DNA of 64,000 nt from Bacteroidia bacterium (GCA_965279035.1 OZ257142.1:1184001-1248000), one strand, 5' to 3'. Positions 30,101 to 39,513 are shown, numbered from the stretch's first letter. The notes: a model not told the origin generated them from the sequence alone. Made by a program: numbers and translations.

Positions 30101-32243
30101 CAATAAAATAGATGTTTCATGTCATGCTCTTTCAGATGGTCGAGCACATGTTCAAGTAATTGGAGGAACTTTACCCTATACGTATTCTTGGGATGGATTG
30201 ATTGGATTGGATAGCACGAATCAACTCATAGCTGGATCGCATCATGTTTCTGTTACTGATCAACATGGTTGCAGTGTTCAAGTTGATTTTACAATCGATC
30301 AACCCGAAGTATTACTAGCAGAAATCCAAACTACTCCATCTGTTTGCGGATTGCCCAATGGTAGTATGATCGGATTAGCCCAAGGAGGAACAGCTCCATA
30401 TCACTATTCGTGGAGCACTGGGGAAAATCTATCTCAAATTGCAGGACTTACTAGTGGAGCATATAATTTATCCGTTAGTGATTCACACGGTTGTACTTCA
30501 TCAATCATAAAATCATTTCAAGATCCAGGTTCTCCTGTAGTTTCCTTGATTCATGCCCAACACATTGCCTGTTTTGGAGGTGCCGATGGTTCAATTGAAG
30601 TGACAGCTCAAGGTGGAACAGGAAATCTCCAATTGAATTGGCTGAATGTGAATTCGGAGAATGATAGTTTGAATGGGCTTAGTTCGGGTTCATACACTGT
30701 TATTGTTAGTGATGAAATAAATTGTAAAGACACATTAACAATCGAATTGACTCAACCCGATGCATTAGCTATTTCGCATAGTTCGATAGATGTTCGCTGC
30801 TTTGATGGTTCTGATGGTTCAATTCAATTAAATCCTACGGGAGGAACTCAACCCTATACTTATCTATGGTCAGGAAGTACCAATGCATTTGTAGCACAAG
30901 AATCTATAAATCAGCTTTCGGCTGATGAATATCATGTTTTGGTGATTGATGCCCATGTATGTCAGATAGAAGATACCATTCAAATCACTCAACCCGAACT
31001 ACTGAGCACAACAATCCATACATTACCTGCTCGTTGTTTCGGTGAAGCGTCAGGAGAAATTATCGCTCAAACGAATGGTGGAACTTTACCTTATACTTTT
31101 CAATGGAGCACAGGTGATCAAACAGCCAATGTAGATAGTTTACTTGCTGGAAATTATCAATTATTAGTAAGTGACGTACATGGCTGTGTATTTTCAGTTC
31201 AAGCTCAGGTACTTCAACCAGATGAACTTATAGCTAGCATTGGAGGAACAACCAAGTTATGTAAAGGAGATTCTGCATTATTAACTGCTTCGGCTATTGG
31301 TGGAACTTCTCCTTTTTCTTATCAATGGACTGCAGGAATTGCTCAAGACCAATATACTTGGAATGCTGTTGAAACGCATGTAGAACAAGTCATTGTGCAA
31401 GATTCAAAAGGGTGCACCGATACAATTTCCAACGAATTGCTTGTTTATGAATTACCCATTGCTGAAGTTGTGAGTGCTCAAACATCAATCTGTGCAGGAA
31501 CCTGTGTTGATTTTAGTGCTGCCCCAGTCAATGGGGGAACCTATGTCTGGAGCGATTCTCAAAACAGGATTCATACCGGGCAAACAGTAAGTTTTTGCTA
31601 TGATGATGCAACAACTGTTGGAATGACGTTGCAGGTTACCGACAATCATGGATGTGAGAATCGTTGGACAGCCAATTCCTATTTAACAGTCCATCCATTA
31701 CCGGAGATTGGTTTTGAACCAGATCATTTTACCATTCCATTGCTACAAGCCTTGGTTCATTTTGAAAATACTACAACTGGAGCATTGAGTTATATCTGGG
31801 ATTTTGATCCAAGAACAAATGGACTTAATAGTACCGATATTTCACCGTCCTATCAATACACCGAGATTGGCGATTATCCAGTTACATTAATTGCTACCAA
31901 TGAATTTGGATGTTCAGCTCAATTGCAAAGAACGATAACAGTCAATGAAGATTTTGCTGTTTATTTTCCAAGTGCTTTTACTCCCAATGCGGATGGGTTA
32001 AACGATCGTTTTATCCCTTCTGGAGTTGGAATTTCATCCGAAGGTTTCAATATGCAGATATACAATCGCTGGGGAAATGTCGTTTTCGAAACCAAGAATT
32101 TAGGACAAGGTTGGGATGGTTCCTATTCCTCGAAAGAAGGGGATGCTGATGTTGCCTCAGAAGTATTTATTTGGCAAGTTTCATTAACCGATTTTACTGG
32201 ACTAGTTCGTGAGTATCGAGGTTCTGTAACGCTTATCAGATAA
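24138..32243 (+). CDS. Giant T9SS type B CTD (gliding motility-associated C-terminal domain) surface adhesin with ~24 SprB repeats and PKD domains
   Basis: NNWYFG propeller-like N-domain, a PKD domain (WNFGE...NPTHSY), repeated C...G...W...L.AG.Y.V.VTD..GC units, and C-terminal YFPSAFTPNADGLNDRF...IYNRWG...WDG...VTLIR. Start is probably ATG 24138; the ORF track gives 24093. Confidence 0.92.
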   Translation: MKQLIIAFSLFKTQSKKHLISLIITSIFIFIFSSNLNSQNQANNWYFGNGGGISFNSGSPIAFGNSALNSAEGVSSISDASGNILMYTDGLSLFNQNDIVMPNGSGLQGGNSSSQSAVIIRKPLSNNLYYLFTADQDAQPDGIRYSIVNMSLNGGLGDITATKNVLLHTPATEKLTAVMHCNKRDVWIIAHGWGDNDYMAWLLTPAGLTTTPITSSVGATQDQSVIGCMKASPDGKKLAFAVYDLGGQHYVQLCDFNPSTGSVSNPIIINTAGNCYGVEFSPNSKYLYYTGCSASASSTINIYQVDLCAGSNAAITSSSSIAGGSSVGFIRTIQLGPDGKLYFSRFGQNSIGVIDFPNLPAPACGFNVNGVTLSSGAICKAGLANFNQSFLKPQIPFTSNAVCLNVDFSADDIVNAASCHNAVQSINWNFGEASSGSSNTSTAQNPTHSYASPGTYSVQLIVHYSCNNDTLIQSVDVNCGPQVHVNDAIVCSGSCASIQATTVGGTPPYTYTWTNGIPTGSGPHSVCPLVNTQYIVTVTDASGQTDKDTASITVSSVPIPTINSQAVLCQGGNSGSASIILSGGPYTYQWVGYPALSGSTQNSLQAGTYPVIISNSNGCTRNASITVTQPLALTASISTTNTGCSLPSGSATVNASGGVSPYSYSWTGYAGTGNTLSSISAGTHSVTITDANSCSITLTYTINSSSGPTLSLQELQAVSCYNGSNGSLAMNVVGGLAPYTYQWSSGQTTAQLNGLSSGTYTASVTDLNGCVATASQTLMNPIALNTNVTSQSATCNLANGSASLNVSGAVSPIQIQWSTIPVQFGSVVNNLLPGNYSVLVTDGNGCSHNSSFSITNLPGAQVSSSSTSVSCFGLNDATINLSVITPDSYQVQWNTGQTGSQLNQIGAGTYTATVTTSVGCVSSVTEVISNPSPLQLSFSSISASCGSANGSVLATVTGGTSPYIYAWTGNSSVNSNSLSGILAGTYPLTVTDSHGCSISGNGSVSSMNGPSILISSQQDPTCFGASTGSASVTATGSALPLSILWSNGTSGSSVSGLVAGNYSAVVTDANGCQSSVSLTLNQPSSITSIVSTNPTICNASNGSIQLNLNGGTLPYTINWVGPSVATGINPSGLLTGNYIANITDAHGCTASASANVGSQLPPQVSISETQVISCPNGSNAQLLAQVTNGQSPFSYQWNTGQSGSSLSNLSSGSYSVTVTDASGCSATSSHVLTAPASWNISNQISSSTCGNPNGAIQLSISGGSSPYTCTWSSGQTGTLVNQLTSGVYSATIIDNHGCSTNYSGTVNDLGGVQLSITNQQDASCNGLANGSATLSISGGTAPYTISWPDGSQLTQRNNLAAGTYNVNVTDASSCQSSVAIHINEPAAISGNIQTTNASCGLANGTATLSLSGGVAPYTYQWSNGQTASSTSALAGNIGVLVTDAQGCSQNFVANIGSAQVLSATISQTHPISCPGGNDGELNLQISGGVAPYALQWSTGESSLAITTLSAGNYSVNVTDATGCSSNASFQISEPSNWSVQAITTSSTCGNANGSLQLTVSGASAPYSIMWSNSQTGLSANQLLAGTYTASISDALGCSTSSTYSVADAGGLQLSVSSQSDAHCAGTLDGIAQVQAVGGTAPYMYQWFDGLNASQRADLSAGNHLVTVTDANGCSASTQVLISEPSSLDGILTINDGTCGLANGSASIQANGGTLPYFYSWTNSSVLPTITGLSTGSIGVLVTDANGCQRNFIGTVGMAPALQVAATVTQSISCFGGSNGEVQLSGGSNLLVNWSNGQTGMNLQNVSAGSYSAIAVDAGGCSDTITVSLNEPAALSGQLNTHDATCFLADGDASLQVAGGTSPYVYSWSNGANVQSVSSLSAGDFSVQITDANGCQISLSGTISSQQNLQIQSIQVIDASCAGSSDGSANATIIGAVGNVTWNWSNGNTSQQAVNLNAGTYQVEVSDAAGCSVTQNFTIQQPISLSATVNKIDVSCHALSDGRAHVQVIGGTLPYTYSWDGLIGLDSTNQLIAGSHHVSVTDQHGCSVQVDFTIDQPEVLLAEIQTTPSVCGLPNGSMIGLAQGGTAPYHYSWSTGENLSQIAGLTSGAYNLSVSDSHGCTSSIIKSFQDPGSPVVSLIHAQHIACFGGADGSIEVTAQGGTGNLQLNWLNVNSENDSLNGLSSGSYTVIVSDEINCKDTLTIELTQPDALAISHSSIDVRCFDGSDGSIQLNPTGGTQPYTYLWSGSTNAFVAQESINQLSADEYHVLVIDAHVCQIEDTIQITQPELLSTTIHTLPARCFGEASGEIIAQTNGGTLPYTFQWSTGDQTANVDSLLAGNYQLLVSDVHGCVFSVQAQVLQPDELIASIGGTTKLCKGDSALLTASAIGGTSPFSYQWTAGIAQDQYTWNAVETHVEQVIVQDSKGCTDTISNELLVYELPIAEVVSAQTSICAGTCVDFSAAPVNGGTYVWSDSQNRIHTGQTVSFCYDDATTVGMTLQVTDNHGCENRWTANSYLTVHPLPEIGFEPDHFTIPLLQALVHFENTTTGALSYIWDFDPRTNGLNSTDISPSYQYTEIGDYPVTLIATNEFGCSAQLQRTITVNEDFAVYFPSAFTPNADGLNDRFIPSGVGISSEGFNMQIYNRWGNVVFETKNLGQGWDGSYSSKEGDADVASEVFIWQVSLTDFTGLVREYRGSVTLIR

Positions 32244-32306
32244 GAACTTATATTAACGATTGATTTTCAAATTATTTCTACATAATTTGTTTTGTATCTT
32301 AGTAGC

Positions 32307-32531
32307 ATGAAACATTATTCCGAAATAATTACAATCGATCCTCAGGTGAGATTTGGTAAACCATGTATTCGTGGAATGAGGATAACTGTTTATGATATTC
32401 TTAGTTGGTTAGCATCTGGGATGTCGTTTCAAGATATTTTTGAAGATTACCCGGAAATTAATGAAGAAGATATTCTTGCTGCATTAGCTTATGCTGCAGA
32501 AAAGGAGCATAAAATCCGAATAGCATCTTGA
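32307..32531 (+). CDS. DUF433 family antitoxin
   Basis: ITIDPQVRFGKPCIRGMRITVYDIL...DYPE...DILAALAYAA. Overlaps the downstream toxin gene by 4 nt. Confidence 0.92.
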   Translation: MKHYSEIITIDPQVRFGKPCIRGMRITVYDILSWLASGMSFQDIFEDYPEINEEDILAALAYAAEKEHKIRIAS

Positions 32532-32872
32532 AACTTCTTTTTGATCAAAACATTTCCTTTCGAGTTGTTTCTCAAATTAAAATCTTCTTTCCTGAAGCTT
32601 TCCACGTTAGAGATTTCAATCTTCAATTCGCTTCTGACAAACAAATCTGGGATTTTGCAAAAGAGAATCAGTATAATGTAGTTACGTTAGATGCTGATTT
32701 TTATGACTTGGTCATTTTATTTGGCCATCCGCCTAAAATCATTTGGCTAAGGTTAGGAAATACCTCAAGTAACAAAATGGCTGCTGTCATTATCAATCAG
32801 AAAGAGTTGATCCTCAATTTTCTTGAACATATGCAGTATAGCGATATTTCATGCTTGGAGATTTATGGATGA
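32528..32872 (+). CDS. DUF5615 family PIN-like toxin (VapC45-type)
   Basis: MKLLFDQNIS, SDKQIW, VTLDADF, PPKIIWLRLGN. Confidence 0.9.
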   Translation: MKLLFDQNISFRVVSQIKIFFPEAFHVRDFNLQFASDKQIWDFAKENQYNVVTLDADFYDLVILFGHPPKIIWLRLGNTSSNKMAAVIINQKELILNFLEHMQYSDISCLEIYG

Positions 32873-32906
32873 GTTGTAGGTTGATTTATCTACCAAACTT
32901 ATTCAT

Positions 32907-33434
32907 TTACTTCTTCCCCGATTTCACAAACAAATCGTACATCACAATTCCGGCACAAACCGAAATATTAAAGGAGTGTTTAGTTCCAAATTGTGGAATC
33001 TCAACCGCTTGATCTGCCAAAGGCAAAACATCATCGGAAACACCTTCTACCTCATTCCCAAAAACCAAAGCAATTGGACCATCGGGAAGATAATCTTGTA
33101 AAGGAATACTACCCGTTGTTTGTTCAATCAGCACAATCGTAAAACCTTCTTTTTTGCAGGTTTCAACCGCTTCTTTTGTTGTTTGGAAATAAGTCCAGTC
33201 AACCGTTTCTGTTGCACCTAAAGCCGATTTATGAATTTCTCTGTTTGGAGGAACAGCCGTAATGCCACAGAGCAGAATTTTTTCAACTGCAAATGCATCC
33301 GCAGAGCGAAAAACAGAGCCTATATTATGTGCACTCCGCACATTATCAAGCACTATTCTAAATGGACGTTTTTTACTTTGACGGAAATCCTCGGGATGCT
33401 TCCGGTTTAATTCGGTAATGCTTAACTTTCGCAT
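32907..33434 (-). CDS. SpoU/TrmH family RNA methyltransferase
   Basis: VLDNVRSAHNIGSVFRSADAF, VFGNEVEGV, EIPQFGTKHSFNISV. Start refined to ATG 33434 (MRKL). Confidence 0.92.
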   Translation of the reverse strand: MRKLSITELNRKHPEDFRQSKKRPFRIVLDNVRSAHNIGSVFRSADAFAVEKILLCGITAVPPNREIHKSALGATETVDWTYFQTTKEAVETCKKEGFTIVLIEQTTGSIPLQDYLPDGPIALVFGNEVEGVSDDVLPLADQAVEIPQFGTKHSFNISVCAGIVMYDLFVKSGKK

Positions 33435-33469
33435 GGTTCTGAGATGGAGCCAATTTACACCAAATCCCT

Positions 33470-36100
33470 TTGAAAGCAGCAAAAACAGTCGATGCAAAAG
33501 GCGTCGTGGAGACTCCTTTGATGAAACAATACAACGAGATCAAGGCGAAATACCCAGATGCGTTGCTATTATTTCGGGTGGGAGATTTTTACGAAACCTT
33601 CGGTGAAGATGCCGTTCGTGCTGCTGGTATATTAGGAATTGTGCTTACACGTCGTGCAAATGGTGCTGCACAATACATAGAACTAGCCGGCTTTCCTCAT
33701 CATTCGCTTGATACCTATTTACCCAAACTTGTTCGTGCTGGATTACGTGTTGCCATATGTGATCAACTCGAAGATCCTAAAACCACCAAAACCATCGTTA
33801 AACGAGGTGTTACCGAATTAGTAACTCCAGGATTATCTAGCAGCGATAAACTTCTCGATTATCGCAGCAATACCTTTTTAGCAGCCGTAGTTCCAGGGAA
33901 AGAAGAAGTTGGATTGGCTTTTCTCGACCATTCCACTGGAGAGTTTATGATCGCTCAAGGCAAACCTGCCTATGCCGAAAAACTCATTCAGAATTTTCAA
34001 CCGGGCGAAGTCTTAATGCCCAAAACTGCTGCGAAAGGTTTTAAAGAAGTCCATGGAGAACGCTTTTTCTCCTATCCACTCGATGAATGGATTTTTCAAG
34101 AAACTTATTCTCGGGAATTACTTCAAAAGCAGTTTGATACCATTTCACTAAAAGGTTTTGGAGTAGAGGGAATGCCTTTGGCTATCATAGCTGCTGGTGC
34201 ATGTCTTCATTATCTCAACGAAACCAATCACGATAAAACAGCTCACATCACTGCTGTTTCGCGCATCGAAGAAGATAAGTTCATGTGGCTTGATGGTTTT
34301 ACCATTCGTAATCTGGAGCTTTTTTCTTCGGTTTACGAGCAAGCAATGACCTTGTTCGATGTCATCAATCATACGCTTACGCCCATGGGAGCGCGTATGC
34401 TAAAACGGTGGTTGGCACTACCGCTCAAAGATCTTCGTCCCATACAAGATCGCTTGCAATTAGTAGATCTCTTGCGTCATACACCTGAATTAGCTTCGCA
34501 ATTATCCGATGCACTTAAGCAAATTGGAGATCTCGAACGAATCATTGCCAAGGTTGCTGTTCAACGTGTTAACCCGCGCGAGTTGAAGCAATTGCAACGT
34601 TCTTTACATGCTATTGCAGATGTTCAACAGTATTGTGCTTCGAGCGTTGATCCACTTTTGCAGCGCATCGGTGAACAACTCAATCCTTGTTTGCTCATTC
34701 GTCAACGAATAGAAAACGAAATTTCGGATGAAGCTCCAGTTGCATTGCACAAAGGGGATGTGATGAGCGATGGAGTGGATGCAGAACTCGATGAACTGCG
34801 CGATATCAAACGTTCTGGTAAAGATTACCTGCTCAAAATTCAGCAGCGCGAAATCGAAGCAACCGGAATTACATCACTCAAAATTAGCTTCAACAACGTC
34901 TTTGGATACTACCTCGAAGTAACCAATTCGCACAAAGACAAAGTACCCGAAACTTGGATTCGTAAGCAAACTTTAGTCAATGCCGAGCGCTACATCACTC
35001 CAGAAATCAAAGTATTCGAGGAGAAAATTCTTGGTGCCGAAGATCGCATTGCTGTCATTGAATCGCGCTTGTATCAGGAACTTCTATCCGCCATTTCCGA
35101 ATACATTCAGCCTATTCAACACAATGCTTTCTTATTGGCTCAAATCGACTGTCTGCGCGGATTTGCCGATTTGGCCGAACGAAATAACTACTGCCGTCCC
35201 GAAGTAAACGATGGTTTTGCCCTTGATATCACTGACGGTCGTCATCCTGTTATTGAAAAGCAATTAGGAGTTGGTGTTGAGTACGTTTCGAATAATGTGC
35301 TTCTCGATCCTGATGGTGTTCAACTGATGATGATTACTGGTCCCAATATGTCGGGTAAATCGGCACTCTTGCGACAAACGGCATTGATCACCATCATGGC
35401 TCAAATTGGCTGTTTCGTGCCAGCATCGGCAGCAAAGATTGGTTTAGTTGATAAAATCTTCACCCGCGTTGGAGCTTCCGATAATATGAGCAGTGGCGAA
35501 TCAACCTTCATGGTGGAGATGAACGAAACTGCTTCTATCCTCAACAATCTCAGCGAACGCAGCTTGATTTTGCTCGACGAGATTGGTCGTGGAACCAGCA
35601 CTTACGATGGAATTTCCATTGCTTGGGCTATTGCTGAATTTTTACACGAGCAACCTGTCAATCGCGCCAAAACACTATTTGCAACGCATTACCACGAGCT
35701 AAACGATATGGCTGCTCGTTTTCCGCGTATTCGGAACTTCAATGTATCGGTTAAAGAAGTTAACCAGAAAGTTATTTTCCTACGAAAACTCAAAGAAGGT
35801 GGCTCCAACCATAGCTTTGGAATTCATGTGGCAAAAATGGCAGGAATGCCGCGCAAATTGGTCGATCGGGCTACCGAAATTTTACATGAACTCGAGAAGC
35901 TTCATCGTAAAGGAGAGGCGAGCGTTTCACCCAAAGTACCCGAATCGGTGCAAACGGGTATGCAGCTTAGCTTCTTCCAATTGAACGATCCTGTGCTCGA
36001 AAACATCAAAGATGAACTTGAAAAGACCGATATCAACAACCTTACACCCATGGATGCGCTTTTAAAGCTCAACGAAATCAAGCGATTGTTGGGTGGATAA
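33470..36100 (+). CDS. mutS: DNA mismatch repair protein MutS
   Basis: [56 protein letters not shown]. Confidence 0.97.
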   Translation: MKAAKTVDAKGVVETPLMKQYNEIKAKYPDALLLFRVGDFYETFGEDAVRAAGILGIVLTRRANGAAQYIELAGFPHHSLDTYLPKLVRAGLRVAICDQLEDPKTTKTIVKRGVTELVTPGLSSSDKLLDYRSNTFLAAVVPGKEEVGLAFLDHSTGEFMIAQGKPAYAEKLIQNFQPGEVLMPKTAAKGFKEVHGERFFSYPLDEWIFQETYSRELLQKQFDTISLKGFGVEGMPLAIIAAGACLHYLNETNHDKTAHITAVSRIEEDKFMWLDGFTIRNLELFSSVYEQAMTLFDVINHTLTPMGARMLKRWLALPLKDLRPIQDRLQLVDLLRHTPELASQLSDALKQIGDLERIIAKVAVQRVNPRELKQLQRSLHAIADVQQYCASSVDPLLQRIGEQLNPCLLIRQRIENEISDEAPVALHKGDVMSDGVDAELDELRDIKRSGKDYLLKIQQREIEATGITSLKISFNNVFGYYLEVTNSHKDKVPETWIRKQTLVNAERYITPEIKVFEEKILGAEDRIAVIESRLYQELLSAISEYIQPIQHNAFLLAQIDCLRGFADLAERNNYCRPEVNDGFALDITDGRHPVIEKQLGVGVEYVSNNVLLDPDGVQLMMITGPNMSGKSALLRQTALITIMAQIGCFVPASAAKIGLVDKIFTRVGASDNMSSGESTFMVEMNETASILNNLSERSLILLDEIGRGTSTYDGISIAWAIAEFLHEQPVNRAKTLFATHYHELNDMAARFPRIRNFNVSVKEVNQKVIFLRKLKEGGSNHSFGIHVAKMAGMPRKLVDRATEILHELEKLHRKGEASVSPKVPESVQTGMQLSFFQLNDPVLENIKDELEKTDINNLTPMDALLKLNEIKRLLGG

Positions 36101-36141
36101 GAAAAATCGGAGAAAATGTTTTGGGGAAAACGATTTTATTT

Positions 36142-36149
36142 TACTTTTG
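36142..36149 (+). promoter_or_regulatory. -7 promoter element (TACTTTTG) of tRNA-Gly
   Basis: Exact TAnnTTTG ending 11 nt before the tRNA, with TTG about 19 nt upstream. Confidence 0.7.
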
Positions 36150-36160
36150 CCATCCCCTAC

Positions 36161-36236
<76 letters not shown>

Positions 36237-36267
36237 AAGCCTTCAGAATGCTGAAGGCTTTTTTTTT
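36237..36267 (+). terminator. Rho-independent terminator after tRNA-Gly
   Basis: AAGCCTTCAG-aatg-CTGAAGGCTT followed by a T-run. Confidence 0.88.
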
Positions 36268-36278
36268 ATTTCTTTTTT

Positions 36279-36382
36279 GGGCGTGCCCTCGGTAAAAACC
36301 TCGGTCATGCTGTCCATGGCTACGCTTCGCTTCGGCCCTTCGGGCATTTCGGCTTTGCCTCATCCATTCCCATCATTCACGC
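36279..36382 (+). ncRNA. Flavo-1-like structured RNA / repeat element
   Basis: GC-rich island GGGCGTGCCC...GGTCATGCTGTCC...CCATCATTCACGC. Terminal GCGTG/CACGC pairing and internal stems match my recollection of the Flavo-1 motif layout; not verified with a covariance model. Confidence 0.6.
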
Positions 36383-36387
36383 AGCAT

Positions 36388-39300
36388 TTAGTTTCGTATC
36401 AGCTTAAAAGTAAAACCTTGATTTTCCTGTGTCGAAGTTTCTTGCTGATTAGCTATTCCAATCACTCGAAGAAAATACATTCCACTTGCTAATGAAATCG
36501 GCTCAATCCGAATAGTTCCTTGTCCATCTTGTAGTTTCTTTCCTTGAGTAATCAATCGTCCGCTTACATCTAGCAAAGCATAGTAATACTTCACTTCTTT
36601 TTCATCTAAACCACTAATAATCCATTCGCTCGCGCTACACGTTAAAGTTGGGTTGATTTGATTTTCCTTTATCCCAACAGTACCAATGGTGATGATGTTG
36701 GAAAGTTCCGATGAGCAGCCATTTGGGTCAATCCATTGTACAGTAAAACTTCCAGTTGAATTGATAACTAAGGAGTCGTTCGATTCATCTATTATCGGTT
36801 CACTATCTAAATACCAAATAAATGTGCCCGGTAAATTTCCCTGAACAATGAGCAAACCGCCATTTTGCTGAATGTTAGGTGTCGCTGGTAAACTGTTTAC
36901 TTGAATGTTCACTGTATCAATTTTACTACAACCCGCCGTATTGGTAACTGTTAACACATAATTAAGTGTTTCATTGGGTGTAGCAATCGGTTGCGGATTC
37001 GTTGGGTTATCTAAATCCGTTATAGGAAACCAAGTAAACGAATCAGAAATGAAGGCTCCTAATTGAACCGATTCACCTAAACAAATCGAAGTATCATTTC
37101 CAGCAAATGCAAGAGGTGATTCAGCAACAGCAATCGATTGAGATACATTCGTAATGACAGGATTTGCACAAGTCAAACTACTACTCACTGTTGCGGTAAT
37201 CATCGTGTTTACACTAAGCGTATCTAAACTTATTGAAGGAGATTCTAATTGAATTGGAGAACCATTGAGCGACCAAGAATAATTCGGATTTGTACCCAAG
37301 CCATAACCCGAAATACTAGCAACTACAGGATCGGAACCACAGATACTTGCAGGGTTCACTTGTAATGAAACAACAGGTGTTATGGAAGTATGAATATGAA
37401 CTGGATAACCATTATCGGGTGATGCCATTACAGGCAAAGCACATACTACACGAATTCGGTAGTTGTCACCATTGATGCCCGATGGTAAAGTACAGGTAAT
37501 AATTCCCGAAGGATCAGTTTCTGGTAATTGAACTGTATAAGAACCGATTACTGTTGGAGAACTAAAATCTCCCGAACTGCTACTCAATTCCACATTCATC
37601 ACATTGCTATTATAGAGCAAACCAGCTGCATTATAGCCAACGAAAATCCTGTTGCCAGAACAGAATATCGAATCTTGCAAATAAGTACGAAGCATTTCAG
37701 TAAGCTTCAAAGTATGTAATACATAACTTATCCCTCCAGCACAATATCCATATTGCTGGTTGGGCATATCAATCGCGTCAATTCCACCATTGTTAGCCAA
37801 ACAATAGGTCGATTGAGAACCGACAACCGTACCGCCATTGAGCGTAAAGTACTGACTATTCAATCTGGCAAAATAGCCAATGGAATCGGTGAAAAACTGC
37901 ATTTCTTCAATTTCAGCATTGGTATTATCTGCAGGAAAAACACGCCTCCAAATCTCACCGCCATCAACCGTTTTGTACATACGACCAAATGTTCCTGCTG
38001 CATAGGCAACGTTTGCACTCGTAATCCACACATCATTAAAGTCGGAAGTGCTTTGAATACTGTCATTCTTCAACTCCCAAGTCAATCCTCCATTGACCGT
38101 CTTAAAAACCGCATAATCCGAAACCGTCATTCCTGTATCGCGATTTAAGAAATGGATTCCTCTTAAAGGCAGAAGCGAATCGACAGCAACTGTACTCCAA
38201 GATAAGCCAGCATCTTGTGTCTTTATCACCATGCCATTGCTCCCTGAAGAATAGGCAACTAAAGAATCTACTGCAACCATATCGAGCAAGGGTTCTATTG
38301 TACCTGTTGGTATCGAAGTCCAGCTCCATCCCGAATTGGTCGAACGAAGTATCGTTCCACTATCCCCACAAGCAATGATAGTACTGTCGTTCATCCAGTT
38401 AACAGCCAACAAAGCATGCGTTGTATTACTGTGCATTTTGCGCACATTCAAGGCTCCATTTTGTGTAATGAAAATTCCTCCTGAGCTACTTACAAAAACT
38501 CCTTTTTGCGGATTACGAAAATCAATTCCTTTCACATGCTCACCCATACCACTATTTACATTTGTCCAGTTTTGACATCCATCCAGTGTGCGCGCAATTC
38601 TTCCTAAAGAATATGTTCCCGTAAATCCATAGTTTTCATCAAGGAAATAGGCGCAATACATGGTTTCGTTAAAATCAGTTGAGTATTGATTCCAAGTTTG
38701 ACCACCGTCGTTCGTTTTCAATAAAACACCAGAATCACCTATAATGACACCCGAATTCAGGCTGCTGAAATTCATTCTCCACCAAACTGCTCCTGATGGT
38801 GCATCATAGCTTGTCCAATTACTACCTCCATCGGTGGTTTTTAGGATTTTGTTGTTACTCAACACATATCCATTATTGACATCTGCAAACCATACTTCTT
38901 TAAAATATTCAGTTCCTGAATACACGCTGGTCCATGTAGTTCCTCCATTTGTTGTTTTTCTTATCGTTCCCGAATTCCCAACGAAATAACCTGTGTTCGC
39001 ATCAGCAAACCAAACCGAATTCAACGTAACTGTAACACCAGAGGATTGCGTAGTCCAGCTTGAACCTCCATTGGTACTTTTACGAACCAAGCCATTAGCT
39101 CCAACTACAAATCCCACGTTGGCATTGGGAAAATGGATATCGTTTAAACCTGCCCCAACTCCTGAGGATGGTATTGTCCAAGACTGTCCACCATCGGTAG
39201 TTTTTATAACGGTGCTAGATGCTCCAACAGCCCAACCAGTAAATGAATCCACGAAATGTAAACGTGTCATTGCTGCAGTAGATCCGGTGTTCATTCGAAT

Positions 39301-39513
39301 CCATGTTTCTCCTCCATCTATTGTGCGAAGTATAGAAGTACTTCCAGAACAACCTCCAACACCAGCCGCTTGTCCACAAGCAAAGCCTGTTAAGCGATTG
39401 GTGAAGAATATATCGTTTATCGCTCCATTGTATGGATTGGAGGATCGCCATTGTGCAAAGGCAGGTTGAACTAAAAGGAACAACAAAGAGGAAAGGAAGA
39501 AAAGTCTTTTCAT
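36388..39513 (-). CDS. Secreted YCF48/BNR (Asp-box) repeat beta-propeller protein with Ig-like stalk and degenerate T9SS type A CTD
   Basis: Signal peptide ending in FAQ, more than ten (K/R)T.DGG.(T/S)W repeats, AFAGNDTSIC Ig-like module, and C-terminal LLDVSGR...LASGMYFLRV...KLIRN. Confidence 0.85.
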   Translation of the reverse strand: MKRLFFLSSLLFLLVQPAFAQWRSSNPYNGAINDIFFTNRLTGFACGQAAGVGGCSGSTSILRTIDGGETWIRMNTGSTAAMTRLHFVDSFTGWAVGASSTVIKTTDGGQSWTIPSSGVGAGLNDIHFPNANVGFVVGANGLVRKSTNGGSSWTTQSSGVTVTLNSVWFADANTGYFVGNSGTIRKTTNGGTTWTSVYSGTEYFKEVWFADVNNGYVLSNNKILKTTDGGSNWTSYDAPSGAVWWRMNFSSLNSGVIIGDSGVLLKTNDGGQTWNQYSTDFNETMYCAYFLDENYGFTGTYSLGRIARTLDGCQNWTNVNSGMGEHVKGIDFRNPQKGVFVSSSGGIFITQNGALNVRKMHSNTTHALLAVNWMNDSTIIACGDSGTILRSTNSGWSWTSIPTGTIEPLLDMVAVDSLVAYSSGSNGMVIKTQDAGLSWSTVAVDSLLPLRGIHFLNRDTGMTVSDYAVFKTVNGGLTWELKNDSIQSTSDFNDVWITSANVAYAAGTFGRMYKTVDGGEIWRRVFPADNTNAEIEEMQFFTDSIGYFARLNSQYFTLNGGTVVGSQSTYCLANNGGIDAIDMPNQQYGYCAGGISYVLHTLKLTEMLRTYLQDSIFCSGNRIFVGYNAAGLLYNSNVMNVELSSSSGDFSSPTVIGSYTVQLPETDPSGIITCTLPSGINGDNYRIRVVCALPVMASPDNGYPVHIHTSITPVVSLQVNPASICGSDPVVASISGYGLGTNPNYSWSLNGSPIQLESPSISLDTLSVNTMITATVSSSLTCANPVITNVSQSIAVAESPLAFAGNDTSICLGESVQLGAFISDSFTWFPITDLDNPTNPQPIATPNETLNYVLTVTNTAGCSKIDTVNIQVNSLPATPNIQQNGGLLIVQGNLPGTFIWYLDSEPIIDESNDSLVINSTGSFTVQWIDPNGCSSELSNIITIGTVGIKENQINPTLTCSASEWIISGLDEKEVKYYYALLDVSGRLITQGKKLQDGQGTIRIEPISLASGMYFLRVIGIANQQETSTQENQGFTFKLIRN

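Noticed and set aside
24138-32243. Recent DNA-level tandem repeats or a DGR target in the adhesin
   Set aside because: Repeats are diverged at the nucleotide level; no template/variable repeat pair or reverse transcriptase is seen.
32900-36100. spoU-mutS looks more C-rich on the + strand than its neighbours (possible horizontal transfer)
   Set aside because: These are core genes with no mobility signatures, and I cannot quantify the bias by eye; expression-linked codon usage or local skew could explain it.
38336-39469. Antisense ORFs inside the YCF48 gene, and similar ones inside sppA, the sugar genes, rpsA and pyrB
   Set aside because: Typical reverse-frame shadows of real genes, with no motifs or expression signals.
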